From positions 89,406,001 through 89,470,000 of the forward strand of contig CM059432.1 of the NCBI GenBank assembly GCA_030390025.1: 64,000 nucleotides of DNA. Direction: 5' to 3'. Numbering within the stretch: position 1 is the first letter of the stretch; each line of letters starts with the position of its first letter. Shown here one piece after another: positions 1-11,700 of this stretch. The DNA comes from Squalus acanthias (lineage: Eukaryota). The notes under the pieces are model-generated. The model was given only the letters and a program-made list of their open reading frames with translations, searched no databases and was not told the DNA's origin. A program made the translations under genes and the position numbers.

Positions 1-785
1 GAAAGCTCTGACTTATTTTTAACAACCTGAATGTTTTATGGTCTGCATATTATTAGTGATGCAGTGTAAAGCACCAGATTACTGCAGTAAGTGATGGAAC
101 AAGTGAAATGTTTGCTTCAGAGCACTTTCCTGTTAACTTTTGTTGATAAGAAAACACTGGTTCAGCTAAAAGGAGACACAAGTGTAGAAACTTTAGGGTT
201 AAGTAAAATGAATAAACCAAAAAATGTGGATGATTACCATTTAAGTTCCAAGAAAGGAAGTGCAAACACATATTGTGTATCTAGCTGTGCAAGTCACTGC
301 AAAATGACAATTTAAAACAATTCAAAGTGAGTGATCTAGAATAGAAATATCAGCAAGAGCTTTTGATGTGCTCAACAAAGAGGGATATGAAACAGACTCC
401 AAGACAAGATGGACTTAGGAATTCATTCCAATTTAGACTCCAAACTTTGTTGTCTGATATTATTCAGACCACTTTGTGCATTTATATCTTTTATTCATTG
501 CCCCTTTCTGCCAAATGTTTCTTAATGTAAATTTAAAAACAGGCATGAAATTACATATAGAAAGCAAAAACATCAATAATGAGTGTCACTCAAAAAATTC
601 TGTTTTAACATAAATAAGATATTTTAACCTTGCGTTCAATAAAACAGCATTGTGTCATTAAAAAATGAAGCACTAGTGAAATAAATTTATGTATTTCAGC
701 CTCTTCTCCTTTTCAATTTTTTATTTGAGAATTTAGAGAAAGTGTGATAGCGCTTGAGTTACTCCAATGTGCAAGTGTTTGACCT

Positions 786-1183
786 ACAACAACAACTCTT
801 ATTTATATAGTGTCTTTAACATAGTAAAACGTCCCAAGGCACTTCACAGGATCAATTATCAAACAAAATTTGACACCGAGCGACATAAAGAGATATTAAG
901 ACAGGCGAGGTAGGTTTTAAGGAGCATCTTAAAGGAGGAGAGAGTGGTAGAGAGGCAAAGAGGTTTAGGGAGGGAATTTCAGTGCTTAGGGCCAAGGCAA
1001 CTGAATCCACGGTTGCCAATGATCGAGCGAAGAAAATCAGGGATGCACAAGAGGTCAGAACTGGAGGAGCGCAGAAATCTCGGAGAGTTGTAGAGCTTGA
1101 TGAGGTTACAGAGATAGGGCAGGGCGAGGCTATGGAGGGATTTGTAAACAAGGATGAGAATTTTAAAATCGAGGCGTTACCAG
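786..1183 (-). mobile_element. L2-clade LINE 3' fragment
   Basis: (CAA)n tail followed by sequence that aligns with the 3' end of the longer L2 at 33315-33740 (e.g. atttgacaccgag...gagatatta, gagaggtttagggagggaattc). Confidence 0.85.
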
Positions 1184-2320
1184 CCTACCTTGTTTGTCTT
1201 AATATTTATATCATGAAACAAGAGCTGCAAATGTGAATTCCTGAACAATAAAGTTCTGCTGGTAAGTGAAACAGACCACTGCTTCCCAAATTCTGTTTAG
1301 CATATGCAGCAATTTGAGTGTTAAAAAAAGTCCTATAAGTAACTTGTATGTTTCCTCCCTAGAGCAAAATTATTTCTCCGAATGCAACTGTCTGGTCGAA
1401 ATGATCCTAACCCTGCTTGCTGACCGTTTTTAATGGCCTTGTTACTGCTGAAAACAATAATCGATAATTGCTGCTTTCAGTCTTTATTCGGGCAATCCAG
1501 AATTTTTCATCTCAATCCAATCTAAGCCTATTTTAGCAAATAAAATGATATTTACCTCACTCACTGTTACAAGCTTTCCAGATTACGGGCTTCAAGAAAA
1601 AAAATCAATACAAAATACTAACTTATCAGTAGGTTTAAGTTTAGAATGCTAACTTTTCCTCCCTGCATTTTCTGGCACTCAGCTCCTCTAGTATTAAGGG
1701 TAGAACACGAAGCTAAAACCATAGAAAGTACTTGAATGATCTGTTTCCTACTTACTTGGGAAACCACTGTTGAGTTTATAAGCCAAAGTGTAGTGTCTGG
1801 TCAAGTACCTAACCTTTTGCTCCTGTTCCTGCTCTACACCTCTTACAAAGTTCATGGTAAAGAAAGATCTTGACCTCTCAGATGATTTCTGGGACTCAAA
1901 TATCTTCATGTATTATTCATTTATCTCTAGCATCTGAGACTGAGGTATCATCATACCTGACTGATTGATGTAAAAAAATAACCATGGTTCTGTGGGGAGG
2001 ATCCAGAGAGCATAAATCCCATTACTTTCTGAAGGCATTATTTATTTTACTAGGCTGGAATGAACACTTGCAATTGATGAAAAAATTTGAATTCTGTGAA
2101 TTTTGAAACAATAGAGTTCTTCATAAGATAGGCTTCTAGATCTGATTTTAAAAACCTTAAGGACTTCGATGAAGGTACAAATACTGCATCTCTGTACAAT
2201 GAAACTTTTTGCATTTGTTGAAACAATGAAGATGTCTATTACTCATCTATCTACCTAGTTATCCAGATATCCATCAATCTACTTATCTGTATCTTAATCT
2301 ATGATAAACTTGGTATCAAA

Positions 2321-2740
2321 CATGGCTTAGTGGTAGCATTCTCACCTCTGAGTCAGAGGTTGTAGGTTCAAGTACCACGCCAGAGACTTGAGCACAAAAT
2401 CTAGGCTCCAGTGCAGTACTGAGGGAGTGCTGCATTGTCGAAGGTACCGATGTTAAACCGAGAACTCGTCAGACCTGTCAGTAGGATATAAAAGATCCCA
2501 TGGCACTATTCGAAGAAGAGCAGGGGTTTTCTACCGGTGTGCTGGCCAATATTTATTCCTCAACCAACACCTGAAAACAGATTATCTGGTGATTATCACA
2601 TTGCTGTTTGTGGGACCTTGCTGTGCGCATATTGGCTGCTGTGTGCATCAGTGACTACAATTCAAAAGTACTTTATTGGCTGTAAAGTGCTTTGGGACAT
2701 CCCGAGGTCATGAAAGGTGCTATATAAATGCAAGACTTTC
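2321..2740 (+). mobile_element. tRNA-derived SINE with L2-type 3' tail (SacSINE1/DeuSINE-like)
   Basis: A box TGGCTTAGTGG and B box GGTTCAAGTAC. The body is shared with the copies at 45220 and 48854/50008. Tail ...aaaggtgctatataaatgcaag resembles the L2 ends in this window. The family name is from memory. Confidence 0.85.
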
Positions 2741-3481
2741 TAGTTATGCTCATTAATTTTCTGATTCAAATGATGTTTTATCCCATTTTGTGTATGTAGC
2801 CTGGGTTTTCCTTTTCTTACCATCCAGTATACATGCAGGAGGGGCAGAAATGGAGTGCAGATCCGTAATCCTGGTTTAGCGCTCAGCTCATTTTCCGCTG
2901 TAATTTCCAATGGGTGGGTGAAGCATCTGGCCTAAAATGGGCAGGCTTATTTAAATGGGAAAGCATCGTAAGTCCCATTTTCTGCTCAGTCCTGATAAAC
3001 TGAGTGTCTAGCATTAGTAGGCACTACAGAAAAGGAGGAAGTGATTTAAAGGGCCCAATAGGTATTTTCCAAGGATTCAATGTAAACTTATTTATCAGCT
3101 GATTTTGGTCTTTTTTTTGTTATTTGCTACTGAAAACTGCTTAATCATCTACCTTTATTCCCATTCTAAAGAGAACACAATGGGAGCTAAACATGGATAG
3201 CTCTCGGAGCGGGGATCACAATGCGCGATTACCTCACGTCCATTGGATGTTATGCAGGCAGCACACACCTTCGCGCTGCCTGCTCACTTACATGATTTCT
3301 GTGTGCAGCCAGCGCTAACCACACTGTTGATTGGCTGCACACATCAGCAGGGGACCAAAAATCGATACTTGCTAGCACTACTTAAAGCAAGCCTGTACCT
3401 CTTAAAGGGAAGGTGCATTGTGGCTAGAGCTGGTGCTGGGAGTCCTGTGTGAGCTGAATCTGACCTGGGAAAGACAGAAAA

Positions 3482-6093
3482 GTGGCTGAACATTGGAGCG
3501 AGCAGGCACCCAGGTTATCCGATAATACAATGGAGGTCTTGGTGGAGGAGGTGGAAATGAGAGATGTCCTGTATCCGCAGGGAGCCAGGAGGCCCTCCAG
3601 ACACACAGTGAAAAGACAGCATAAGCAGATAGCCGTGGAGGTCAATGTCAGGAGTCTAGCCCCGAGGACCTGGACGCAGTGCCCCAAGATGTTTAATGAC
3701 CTCACACGAGTGGTCAAGGTCTGTGAATGCATTTTCAAAAGACGTCTCCCATCAACTGCACCAATAGCCTCAGCCACTGCTCAAATCACCACACCCCCAT
3801 CACTCACCTACCAGCACTCTCTATTAATCAGGACTCATACCTAACATGCATATGCTTCACCTCACACTCACACACCTAGCAAGCCTCACACCCACATCTC
3901 CCAGCTTGCACACACTTCCCTCTCTCTTACAGGGGAAGGTGGCGCACAACCGAAGACAGCAAGAACTAACCGGAGGGGGAGAAACGTGTCTGCATGTTCT
4001 AACTCCCGTGGAGGAGATGGTGCTGGCCATCATGGGCAGGGCCATTGCTGAGGCTGTGGCCAGCAGCAGGGCTGAAACCATTGAAGATGACGGTATCCTC
4101 ATCCCTAATCCTCCTTCTCACATCCCACTTCCTCCTCCCACAATATCTTCTGACTTACAAGCTGCAGATGGTGTAAGCATGCACCTCTTACTCCCCGCCC
4201 CCTCACCACAACCTTACCCTTGTGCCTTTTTCCTTTCAGACACCCAAGAAGTGAAACCTGGCCAGGCAGTGGAGGAACACCAAGAAGAATGTGATGATGA
4301 AGACACACCGTCACTTGATTTCACACACGCAGCCACTAGTTCAGATACTTAGAGGATATATTAGAGGCGGGATCTGCATGGGGTGAGACACTGGGCACAA
4401 GTGCGCTGCAGCCAGGGCAGGGGACACGGATAGTGCAGGTTTGCAGCTTGCCGGAGGGCGAGGTCACACAAGAGCTCTGCTGCAGACAACTCAGATGAGG
4501 ACTTTGATGGTCCAGGCTACAGAAGAAGGCTGATGGATATACACAACGGGACAGAAATTTGGCTGTTGTCGGGTGAGTACGCTCTGTGTACTCACCCGTA
4601 AGGCCACCTGAAGTGCCCGTTTCCTGCATGCACTGCGTATGCACGGGAAACCGGAACTTCCGTTCCTCTGAAGGGAGAGGTTCAGAAGTTGAACGCGTGC
4701 GCGGGAGAGGCTGCGTGCACGCAGCGAACTTCAGTTTTTTTTCAGGTTTCTCCGGGAAGGTAAGTATGAAGAAGCTGCACTTTTAAAAAGGAGACGCAAG
4801 GCCTGTTTTTAACAAGGTAAGTGGTTAATTAATTACAATTTAAAAAAAATTTCAACAGGTTTATCTTTTTTAGATACTTTAAAGAAAGGTAAGTTTATTT
4901 TTAGCACCGTTAAAAAGTATAATTAATTTTTTCAAAAATTTAAATTTTTGTTTAAAGTAGTTAATTTATTTAACTTATAGTTATTTTAAAAATGTGATTT
5001 TTAAAAAAAACTTATTTGAAGTTTAAGTGTGGTTTTGGGGCCGATCTCTATTCGTAGATTTGGCAGGTCTTCCTGTCAAATCTATGAATGAAAATGTCCT
5101 GCTAGGATTGGCTCTCCATGGCCCACGTGATCCCAGGGGACGCTTCGAACTAACTGCGCCCCTGGGATACACAAGTACTGCGCGCCGGCAGCTGGAGGAG
5201 GCCCAGGACCCGAAGTCCTCGTGGGCCCAAAGCACAACTGTAGGTGCGGTAGGCAAGTACGTGCGCGATGCTTGCACCCGCAGGAAGCCTGAAAGCTGAA
5301 TTTCTGGCCCAACGAAATGCTTGGTGCATTGGGAAGCCTGCTAGAAAGCCTGTATTCAATGTCAAGGAGCATGGAGGAGTCCGGTACCAACTTTGCACAG
5401 GGCTTTACACAGAGCTTGGAGCCCATCCTTTCCAGCATGGAACTGGTGGCCAACACCATTAGCACACAAGTGGACCCACCGATGATGCATGATGGTCGAC
5501 GTCTCAGCTTCCATTGCAGAACAAACAGCTTACACCAATAGAATGAGTGCTGCAGTGCAAACTCAGGCTGAAGTCATGCAAGGCCAGTTTGCTGCCACAC
5601 AAGCTCAGACTGGTCTCATGCAAGCTTAACTTACTGCCATGCAAGCTCAGAATGCTGCCATCATGGCTGTGGATACCATGTTGAAAGGGGCTTGCAGGGT
5701 ATCACAGCAGTCCATCAATCTGTCCTCCAACTGATTACTAGAATTGCTGAGGCGCCACCCCGGGGAGTGGCTGTGGCTCCATGGAGCACAAACCTCAGGA
5801 TGACAGCATTTGTCCTCCAACCCCGGCCACTCTGCCAGTGCCCTTGTTGTTGTCTGTTAGGCAGCCAGCCCAGGCTGCTGCCGCCCATGCCGAGATGGTG
5901 GAGTCCGAAGCTGGGCCTTCTAGGCCCAGAGCTACTCGAGGTTATCCTCCAAAGCCATCTGCAGTCTCCTCCACTGAAAGTCAGCAGCCTTCCAGCAGCC
6001 ATGCTGCAGCCTCTGGGATACCACTCCATAGAAGCACTAGAACAAGCAAAGGCACATAGAAGACAGGCACTAAGGGAATGCACAAGGTTGATT
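3482..6093 (+). pseudogene. Harbinger Myb/SANT-like DNA-binding protein, three exons (3482-3718, 3933-4092, 4240-~6093), disrupted
   Basis: APRLSD..MEVLVEEV...IAVEVN...RTWTQC..FNDL motif, then GKVAHNRR...TGGG. GT-AG introns join in frame (phase 0, then phase 1). Exon 3 has stops and frameshifts and a MITE insertion. Confidence 0.8.
4548..5310 (+). mobile_element. Non-autonomous Harbinger-type MITE (~763 bp)
   Basis: TIRs GGGACAGAAATT / AATTTCTGGCCC with 3-bp TSD AAC (4545-47, 5311-13). Removing it restores the host Myb exon. A near-identical inverted copy lies at 14696. Confidence 0.92.
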
Positions 6094-6229
6094 AGTTTAT
6101 GTTTGTATGCAATATGGCACACTTTTATTTTTGCATTGTGGCCAAGAGGACGATGTGATGGTCAGTGACTGAGGGAAAGTAAGGAGTGTGGGACTGTTGG
6201 TGAATGGAGAATTGGGGTTGGGTTTACTG

Positions 6230-7323
6230 GCATCGCACTCAAATTAGTTCTTCTCATACAGTCCGGGCAGAAAGGGGCCGCCTCACTTCCTCTACCTCCT
6301 CTTCCGCCTCCTCCTCTTCCTCCTCCTCCTCATGCTCCTGCTCCTCAGCTTATCGCCTGATAGCTGGTGGCAAGGGCTGTCCCTCATGATGACAAGGTTG
6401 TGCAGCATACCACCACGAATCTTGACACCCGCTCAGCAGGGCTCCTCCAGAGTGGTCCAGGCAGCATAATCATTGCTTCAGCATGCCAATGGCCTGCTCT
6501 ACCACATTCTTGGGGCAGAATGGCTCTCATTATATGTATGCTGCACACGTGTGCGGGGGTTGCAAACCGGAGTCATGAGCCATGTCATCAGCGGATAGCC
6601 CTTGTCGCCCAGTAATCAGCCTTTGGTTTGCCATGGTGGCTGAAATGCAGCTGGCACAGCGGACTGCCACAGAACGAAGGCATCATGACTGCTACTAGGA
6701 TACCGGGCATTGAGCTGCATGATGCGTTGCCTATGGTCACACACCAGCTAGCCGTTGAGGGAGTGGAATCCCTTTTGGTTCCGGTATATGGCAGAGTTGA
6801 TATGCGGCACCCGCAAAGCAATCTTAGAGAACCGTTGTGCTCGCTCCGCCTGCTTGTCTCTGGTAAGAGAGATTGAAATGAAGTTAGCTGTTTTTGAATA
6901 GAGAGTCTCAGTCATCTCCCTTACGCAACAGTGGATGGCAAACTGTGAGATGTTGCTAATCTCTCCAGCACCAGCCTGGAAGGAGGCAGACGCATAAAAG
7001 ATCGGTCACCACCTCAGCCACTGGCAGTGCGATCCTTGCCCTGCTCTGAGGTTGCAGTTGTGGCTGCAGCAGGTGGCAGATTTCAGTGAGGACGTCCTTA
7101 CTGAAGCGCAGACGTCTCACACACTGTTCCTCACTGAGCTTCAGGTAGGAGAATTGCTCCCTGAACACCCTGGGCGATATGGCCTCCTGCTGAGAGCCCT
7201 TCGCCCCCTCCTCCTCCTCCCTCTTCCAGCAGCTTGTCCAGCTCTGCATGACCTCTGCTCATTCTCCCACTCATGTTCTATTCCAAGAGGAAGGCTGACT
7301 AGTGCACCCACGTCTGGGATCAA
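6230..7323 (-). pseudogene. Harbinger (HARBI1-like) DDE transposase, frameshifted
   Basis: PRVFREQFSYLKLSEEQCVRRLRFSK, KGFHSLN..LVCDH, ARYPGSSHDAF and LLGDKGYPL motifs spread across several frames; Glu-rich C-terminus. Confidence 0.85.
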
Positions 7324-7628
7324 CTGGTTTGTGCAGCAGCCTTGAAGTCAGCAAAAAGCACTTCAGCACCTGCCACACCACTCCCTGTAGACGTTTGAAA
7401 CTTGAAACAACTATGGTGGAACCAAAAATGTGTAGAATTGTAGCAACAGCCAAAAGAAATCAACTAGCAACTAACCTGTAAGTAGTTGATGATCCCTTTA
7501 AATATCGCTGTTGGAGGGTCTTTCCTGCTGCTTATCGCTTGTTCAGCTGTGCAAACTTAAGAGAGGGCATTGGCTGGACCGTTGAGCTGCAAAATGGCAG
7601 CACAGGCGTCAAATCAGCATTGCACACA

Positions 7629-8377
7629 TGTGACACTGGAGGTCCTGGTGGAGGATGTCCAGAGGAGGAGGGATGTCCTGTACTTACAGGGGAATGGAAG
7701 GACGCCACCTCGCCCCCCTTGACCCTCTCTCCTGCAGCAGCTGGTGCTGCTCTGCCTGGCCTCATGTCCTCCTCCCATTCCTCGTGTAGACCAAGGGGGA
7801 GCCCTACAAGATGCCCATGACCAAGCACTCCCTTTCTCCTGGTGACTACTATAAGGTGTCCAATAAGATGGAGTAGCACAGCACTCACACTTTGTAGGTG
7901 AAGTCCTCAGAGAATTTCTGGATAAATGTTGCTTGAGTGTTGGGTGAAGTCTTGCCAAAGTGTCCCAGAAAGTCTCCCAGTGTGTTTCAGCGGTCCTCTT
8001 CACAGCTCCAGCAGCAATGAGCATGAAATGGTGAGTATCCCTTTAAGTGGTGAGTATCCCTTTAAGTTGAGCTTGAAATCAACATCAACGCCGTGTTTAC
8101 TCCCAAACAGCTGGCCACTGTTAGGAGAGAGCATTAGTTAAAGCGCTAGCCATCAAAATGCCGTGCAGCCTCTTTAATGAATGCTAGCAGGCATTTTAAG
8201 TGGCAATCAGCTCTTTAACTAGCCTCCGAGCGGCCATTCCTAGCGCTGGCTTCAACTCCTTTACCAAGATGGTACCTTGCACTAAACATGGGCTAAACCG
8301 GCATTTCAGGTTAAGACCCCATCTTGGCCACCTCTTTACCTTTTTAGCGCTTAAAGTATTCAGCAAAAATCACCCCC
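7629..8377 (+). mobile_element. Internally deleted Harbinger family-B fragment with right TIR
   Basis: 7629-7700 matches the Myb start at 26410; 7710-8000 matches 28990-29300; 8080-8377 matches 31250-31542 and ends AAAATCACCCCC. Confidence 0.75.
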
Positions 8378-8412
8378 ATATTGTTTGCTGGAGCTAGCAA
8401 TTTCATCCATTT

Positions 8413-10385
8413 ATCATAGAATCATAGAATGGTTACAGCACGGAAGAAGACCATTCGGCCCGTGGAGCCTGTGCCAGCTCTCTGCAAGAGCATTTCAGCT
8501 AGTCCCACTCCCCCGCCCTTTCCCCGTAGCCCGGCAAATTTCTTTCTTTCAGATATTTATCCAACTCCCTTTTGAAAGCCGTGATTGAATCTGCCTCCAC
8601 CACCCTTTCAGGCATTGCATTCCAGATCTTAACCACTCGCTGCGTAAAAGAGTTTTTTCTTACGTCGCCTTTGGTTCTTTTGCCAATCACCTTAAATCTG
8701 TGTCCTCTGGTTCTTGACCCTTCTGCCAATGGGAACAGTTTCCCTCTATCTACTCTGTCCAGACCCCTCATGATTTTGAACACCTCTATCAAATCTCCTC
8801 TCAATCTTCTCTGCTCCAAGGAGAACAACCCCAGCTTCTCCAGTCTATCAACGTAACTGAAGTCCCTCATTCCTGGAGTCATTCTCATAAATCTTTTCTG
8901 CACCCTCTCTAAGGCCTTCACATCCTTCCTAAAGTGTGGTGCCCAGAATTGGGGTACTCCAGTTGGGGTCGAACCTGTGTTTTATACAGGCTCATCATAA
9001 TTTCCACGCTTTTGTACTCTATACCTCTTCATGAAGCCCAGGATCCCATAAGACTTTTTAACTGCTTTCTCAACCTGCCCTGCCACCTTCAACGATTTGT
9101 GCACACATACCCCCAGGTCTCTCTGTTCGTGCACCCACTTCAGGATTGTACCATTTAGTTTATATGTCCTCTCCTCATTCTATCACACTTTGCTGCATTA
9201 AATTTCATCTGCCACGTGTCCGCTCATTTCACCAGCCTGTCTATGTCTTCCTGAAGTTTATCACTCTCCTCCTCACTGTTCACTATACTTCCAAGTTTTG
9301 TGTCATCTGCAAATTTTGAAATTGTGCCCTGTACACCCACATCCAAGTCATTAATATATATCAAGAAAAGCAGTGGTCCTAGAACTGACCCCTGGGGAAC
9401 ACCACTGTATACCTTCCTCCAGTCCGAAAAACAACCGTTCACCACTACTCTCTGTTTCCTACCACTTAGCCAATTCCATACCATGCTGCCACTGTCCCTT
9501 TTATTCCATGGGCTTCAACTTTGCTGGCAAGCCTATTATGTAGCACTTTGTCGATCGCCTTTTGGAAATCCATGTACACTACGTCAACTGCATTACTCTC
9601 ATCAACCCTCTCTGTTACCTCATCAAAGAACTCAATCAAGTTAGTTAAACACGATTTGCCTTTAACAAATCCATGCTGGCTTTCTTTAATTAATCCATAC
9701 TTGTCCAAGTGACTGTTAATTCTGTCCCTGATTACTGTTTCTAAAAGCTTCTCCACTACCGAGGTTAAACTGACTGGCCTATAGTTGCTGAGTTTATCTT
9801 TACATCCTTTTTTGAACAAGGGTGTAACATTTGCAATTCTCCAGTCCTCTGGCACCACCCCGTATCTAAGGAGGATTGGAATATTATGGCCAGTACCTCC
9901 GTGATTTCCTCCCTTAATTCCCTCAGCATCCTAGAATACATCCCATCCGCTCCTGGTGACTTATCTACTTTAAGTACAGCCAACCTTTCTAATACCTCCT
10001 CTTTATCAATTTTTATCCTATCAAGTATCTCCACTACCTCCTCCTTTACTATGTCTATGGCAGCAACCTCTTCCTTGGTGAAGGCAGATGCAAAGTACTC
10101 ATTTAGTACCTTTGCCGCCATGCATAGGTCTCCTTTTTGGTCCCTAATCGGCCCCACCCCTCCTCTTACTACCCTTTTACTATTTATATGTATATAGAAG
10201 ACTTTTAGATTACCTTTTATATTGGTTGCCATTCTATTCTCATACCCTCTTTTTGCCCCTCTTATTTTCTTTTTCACCTCTCCTCTGACCTTTCTATATA
10301 TAGCCTGATTCTCAGTTGTATTTGCAATCTGACATCTATCATACGCGCTCTTTTTCTGCTTCATCATATTCTCTATCTCTTTCGT
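8413..10385 (-). mobile_element. CR1 LINE, 5'-truncated
   Basis: RT motifs [24 protein letters not shown] and KFADDTK in frameshifted ORFs; (ATTCTATG)n tail. Confidence 0.95.
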
Positions 10386-10386
10386 A

Positions 10387-11080
10387 AAGGCCCTGAACTA
10401 CCCCAGTAGAGTGACAGGGCCTTTTAGCAGCCTCCCCTCCCTCTAATTTAGGCCCAGTACTTATCTGCTGAAGGCCTCAGTCTTAGCCAAGGCTTTCATT
10501 GGGAGCAGTAATGCCATCTTTGTGGTGCTTATGTCCCTAAAATCTCCCACCACCTCTTCTGATGCTACAGCAGTGTCCCCACTGTACCTCTGTCAATAGA
10601 CTGTACCCTCGCACTGGCGGGCTCACTCTTGGAAGCAGAAATACCACCAGGAGCCCGAGATGCCTCTCTGATGACTCACAAACCAAAGAAATGGGTCAAG
10701 GTTGTGGTCAGTTTGGATGGTCGGGAAGAAGTACCACCTCACCTGAAATCTGCTTTGAAAAGGAGAAACCCCTGTCAACCCCAGTGCCTGCATGTCTGCT
10801 TGATGCTCTGCAAGCCTCCTTCTTTTAAAAGCAGGATCTGTGAGATCTGGGTGCTCAGGCTCTTCATCTGAGTGGTGATGTATCCTGACCTTCCAATCCA
10901 CAACCTCTTCCTTCTTATGTTCCACCCTCAGCTCCTCCTGCCCATTTGTTCTTTCTCTTCTGGCTCACTTTCTATTGCCCTCCAGGTGGATATCTCTTGG
11001 CTTGTGCTTGGGAGAGAGAGTGTAATTGATGACATGTGCAGAAGCAGAGGGGCCTGCTTCTTCTTCCTCTCCTCTGCTTA
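10387..11080 (-). mobile_element. Old Harbinger remnant (Myb exon-3-like)
   Basis: SDEEPEHPDLTDPAFKRRRL...MQALG weakly resembles SDEIFDGAAFRRRVM...LLGA of the other copies; GGCCCTGAA TIR-like start. Confidence 0.35.
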
Positions 11081-11700
11081 TTATTCAGGTAGAGGAGGAA
11101 AAGAAGAAGAGAGGTTAGAATGAGATACTGAGCAGAAGTGTTCCCATGTCATTTTCAGTATAAGGATGGACACGATGGTTTCATGACAATACTTGCTGAC
11201 CAGTAATGTGGGTGCAAAAGGATAAGAAAAAAGAGAAGCAGATGAGATAACTAAAGGATTTTTACAACAAAATTCAACTGCAATAAACAATTACAATGGA
11301 AGAACATTGGAACATTGTCTCTCTGAGCTTAATGGACTTCCTGAAATTTATAGAACACAAAACATAAGCTACAACAGGTATGTAATCAGTAATCTGTTTT
11401 TATTAATCTCTCTCACAAACATGCATGCATATACATTACCCCTTTGTTCAAGAAAATACTATAAATATTATAAACCTCCAATGAAGTTACAGCAATGGGA
11501 GCAGCTCCAAGGAAATACTCAGCCTTTGAAATTTGTCCTCCAGCTTTTTTCAAATAATGTTGACAAACTTTTGAACAAAAACTGCTAGAATTCACCATCA
11601 GTGCAGCTGCCTGAATGATGCTGATACATCCTGGAAAATTAGGCACAATGCATATGTTCAGACTGCAGAATTCAAATTCAGCTCAAAGGATCGCGGATCT

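Larger units (their letters stand above)
3182..7628 (+). mobile_element. PIF/Harbinger DNA transposon copy A (decayed; Myb gene on +, transposase on -, tail-to-tail)
   Basis: Left end gggagctaaacatggatag resembles ggggcgaaattggattag at 32266. Contains both Harbinger genes and aligns with the copies at 32266 and 58596. Right TIR not found. Confidence 0.85.

Noticed and set aside
2321..2400. tRNA gene
   Set aside because: The A and B boxes belong to a SINE head; there is no full cloverleaf and a SINE body follows.
5023..5299. ORFs conserved between the two MITE copies (also 14588-14971)
   Set aside because: The conservation reflects recent copy identity and GC-richness; there is no protein motif.
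7700..10385. Segmental duplication with 28990-31542 (both have a Harbinger-B end and a same-subfamily CR1)
   Set aside because: The CR1 lies outside the TIR in one locus and inside the element in the other, with different truncation points, so these are independent insertions.
11229..11378. Possible exon ending CAG|GTATGT
   Set aside because: No convincing acceptor, an in-frame stop just upstream, and an unrecognised peptide.
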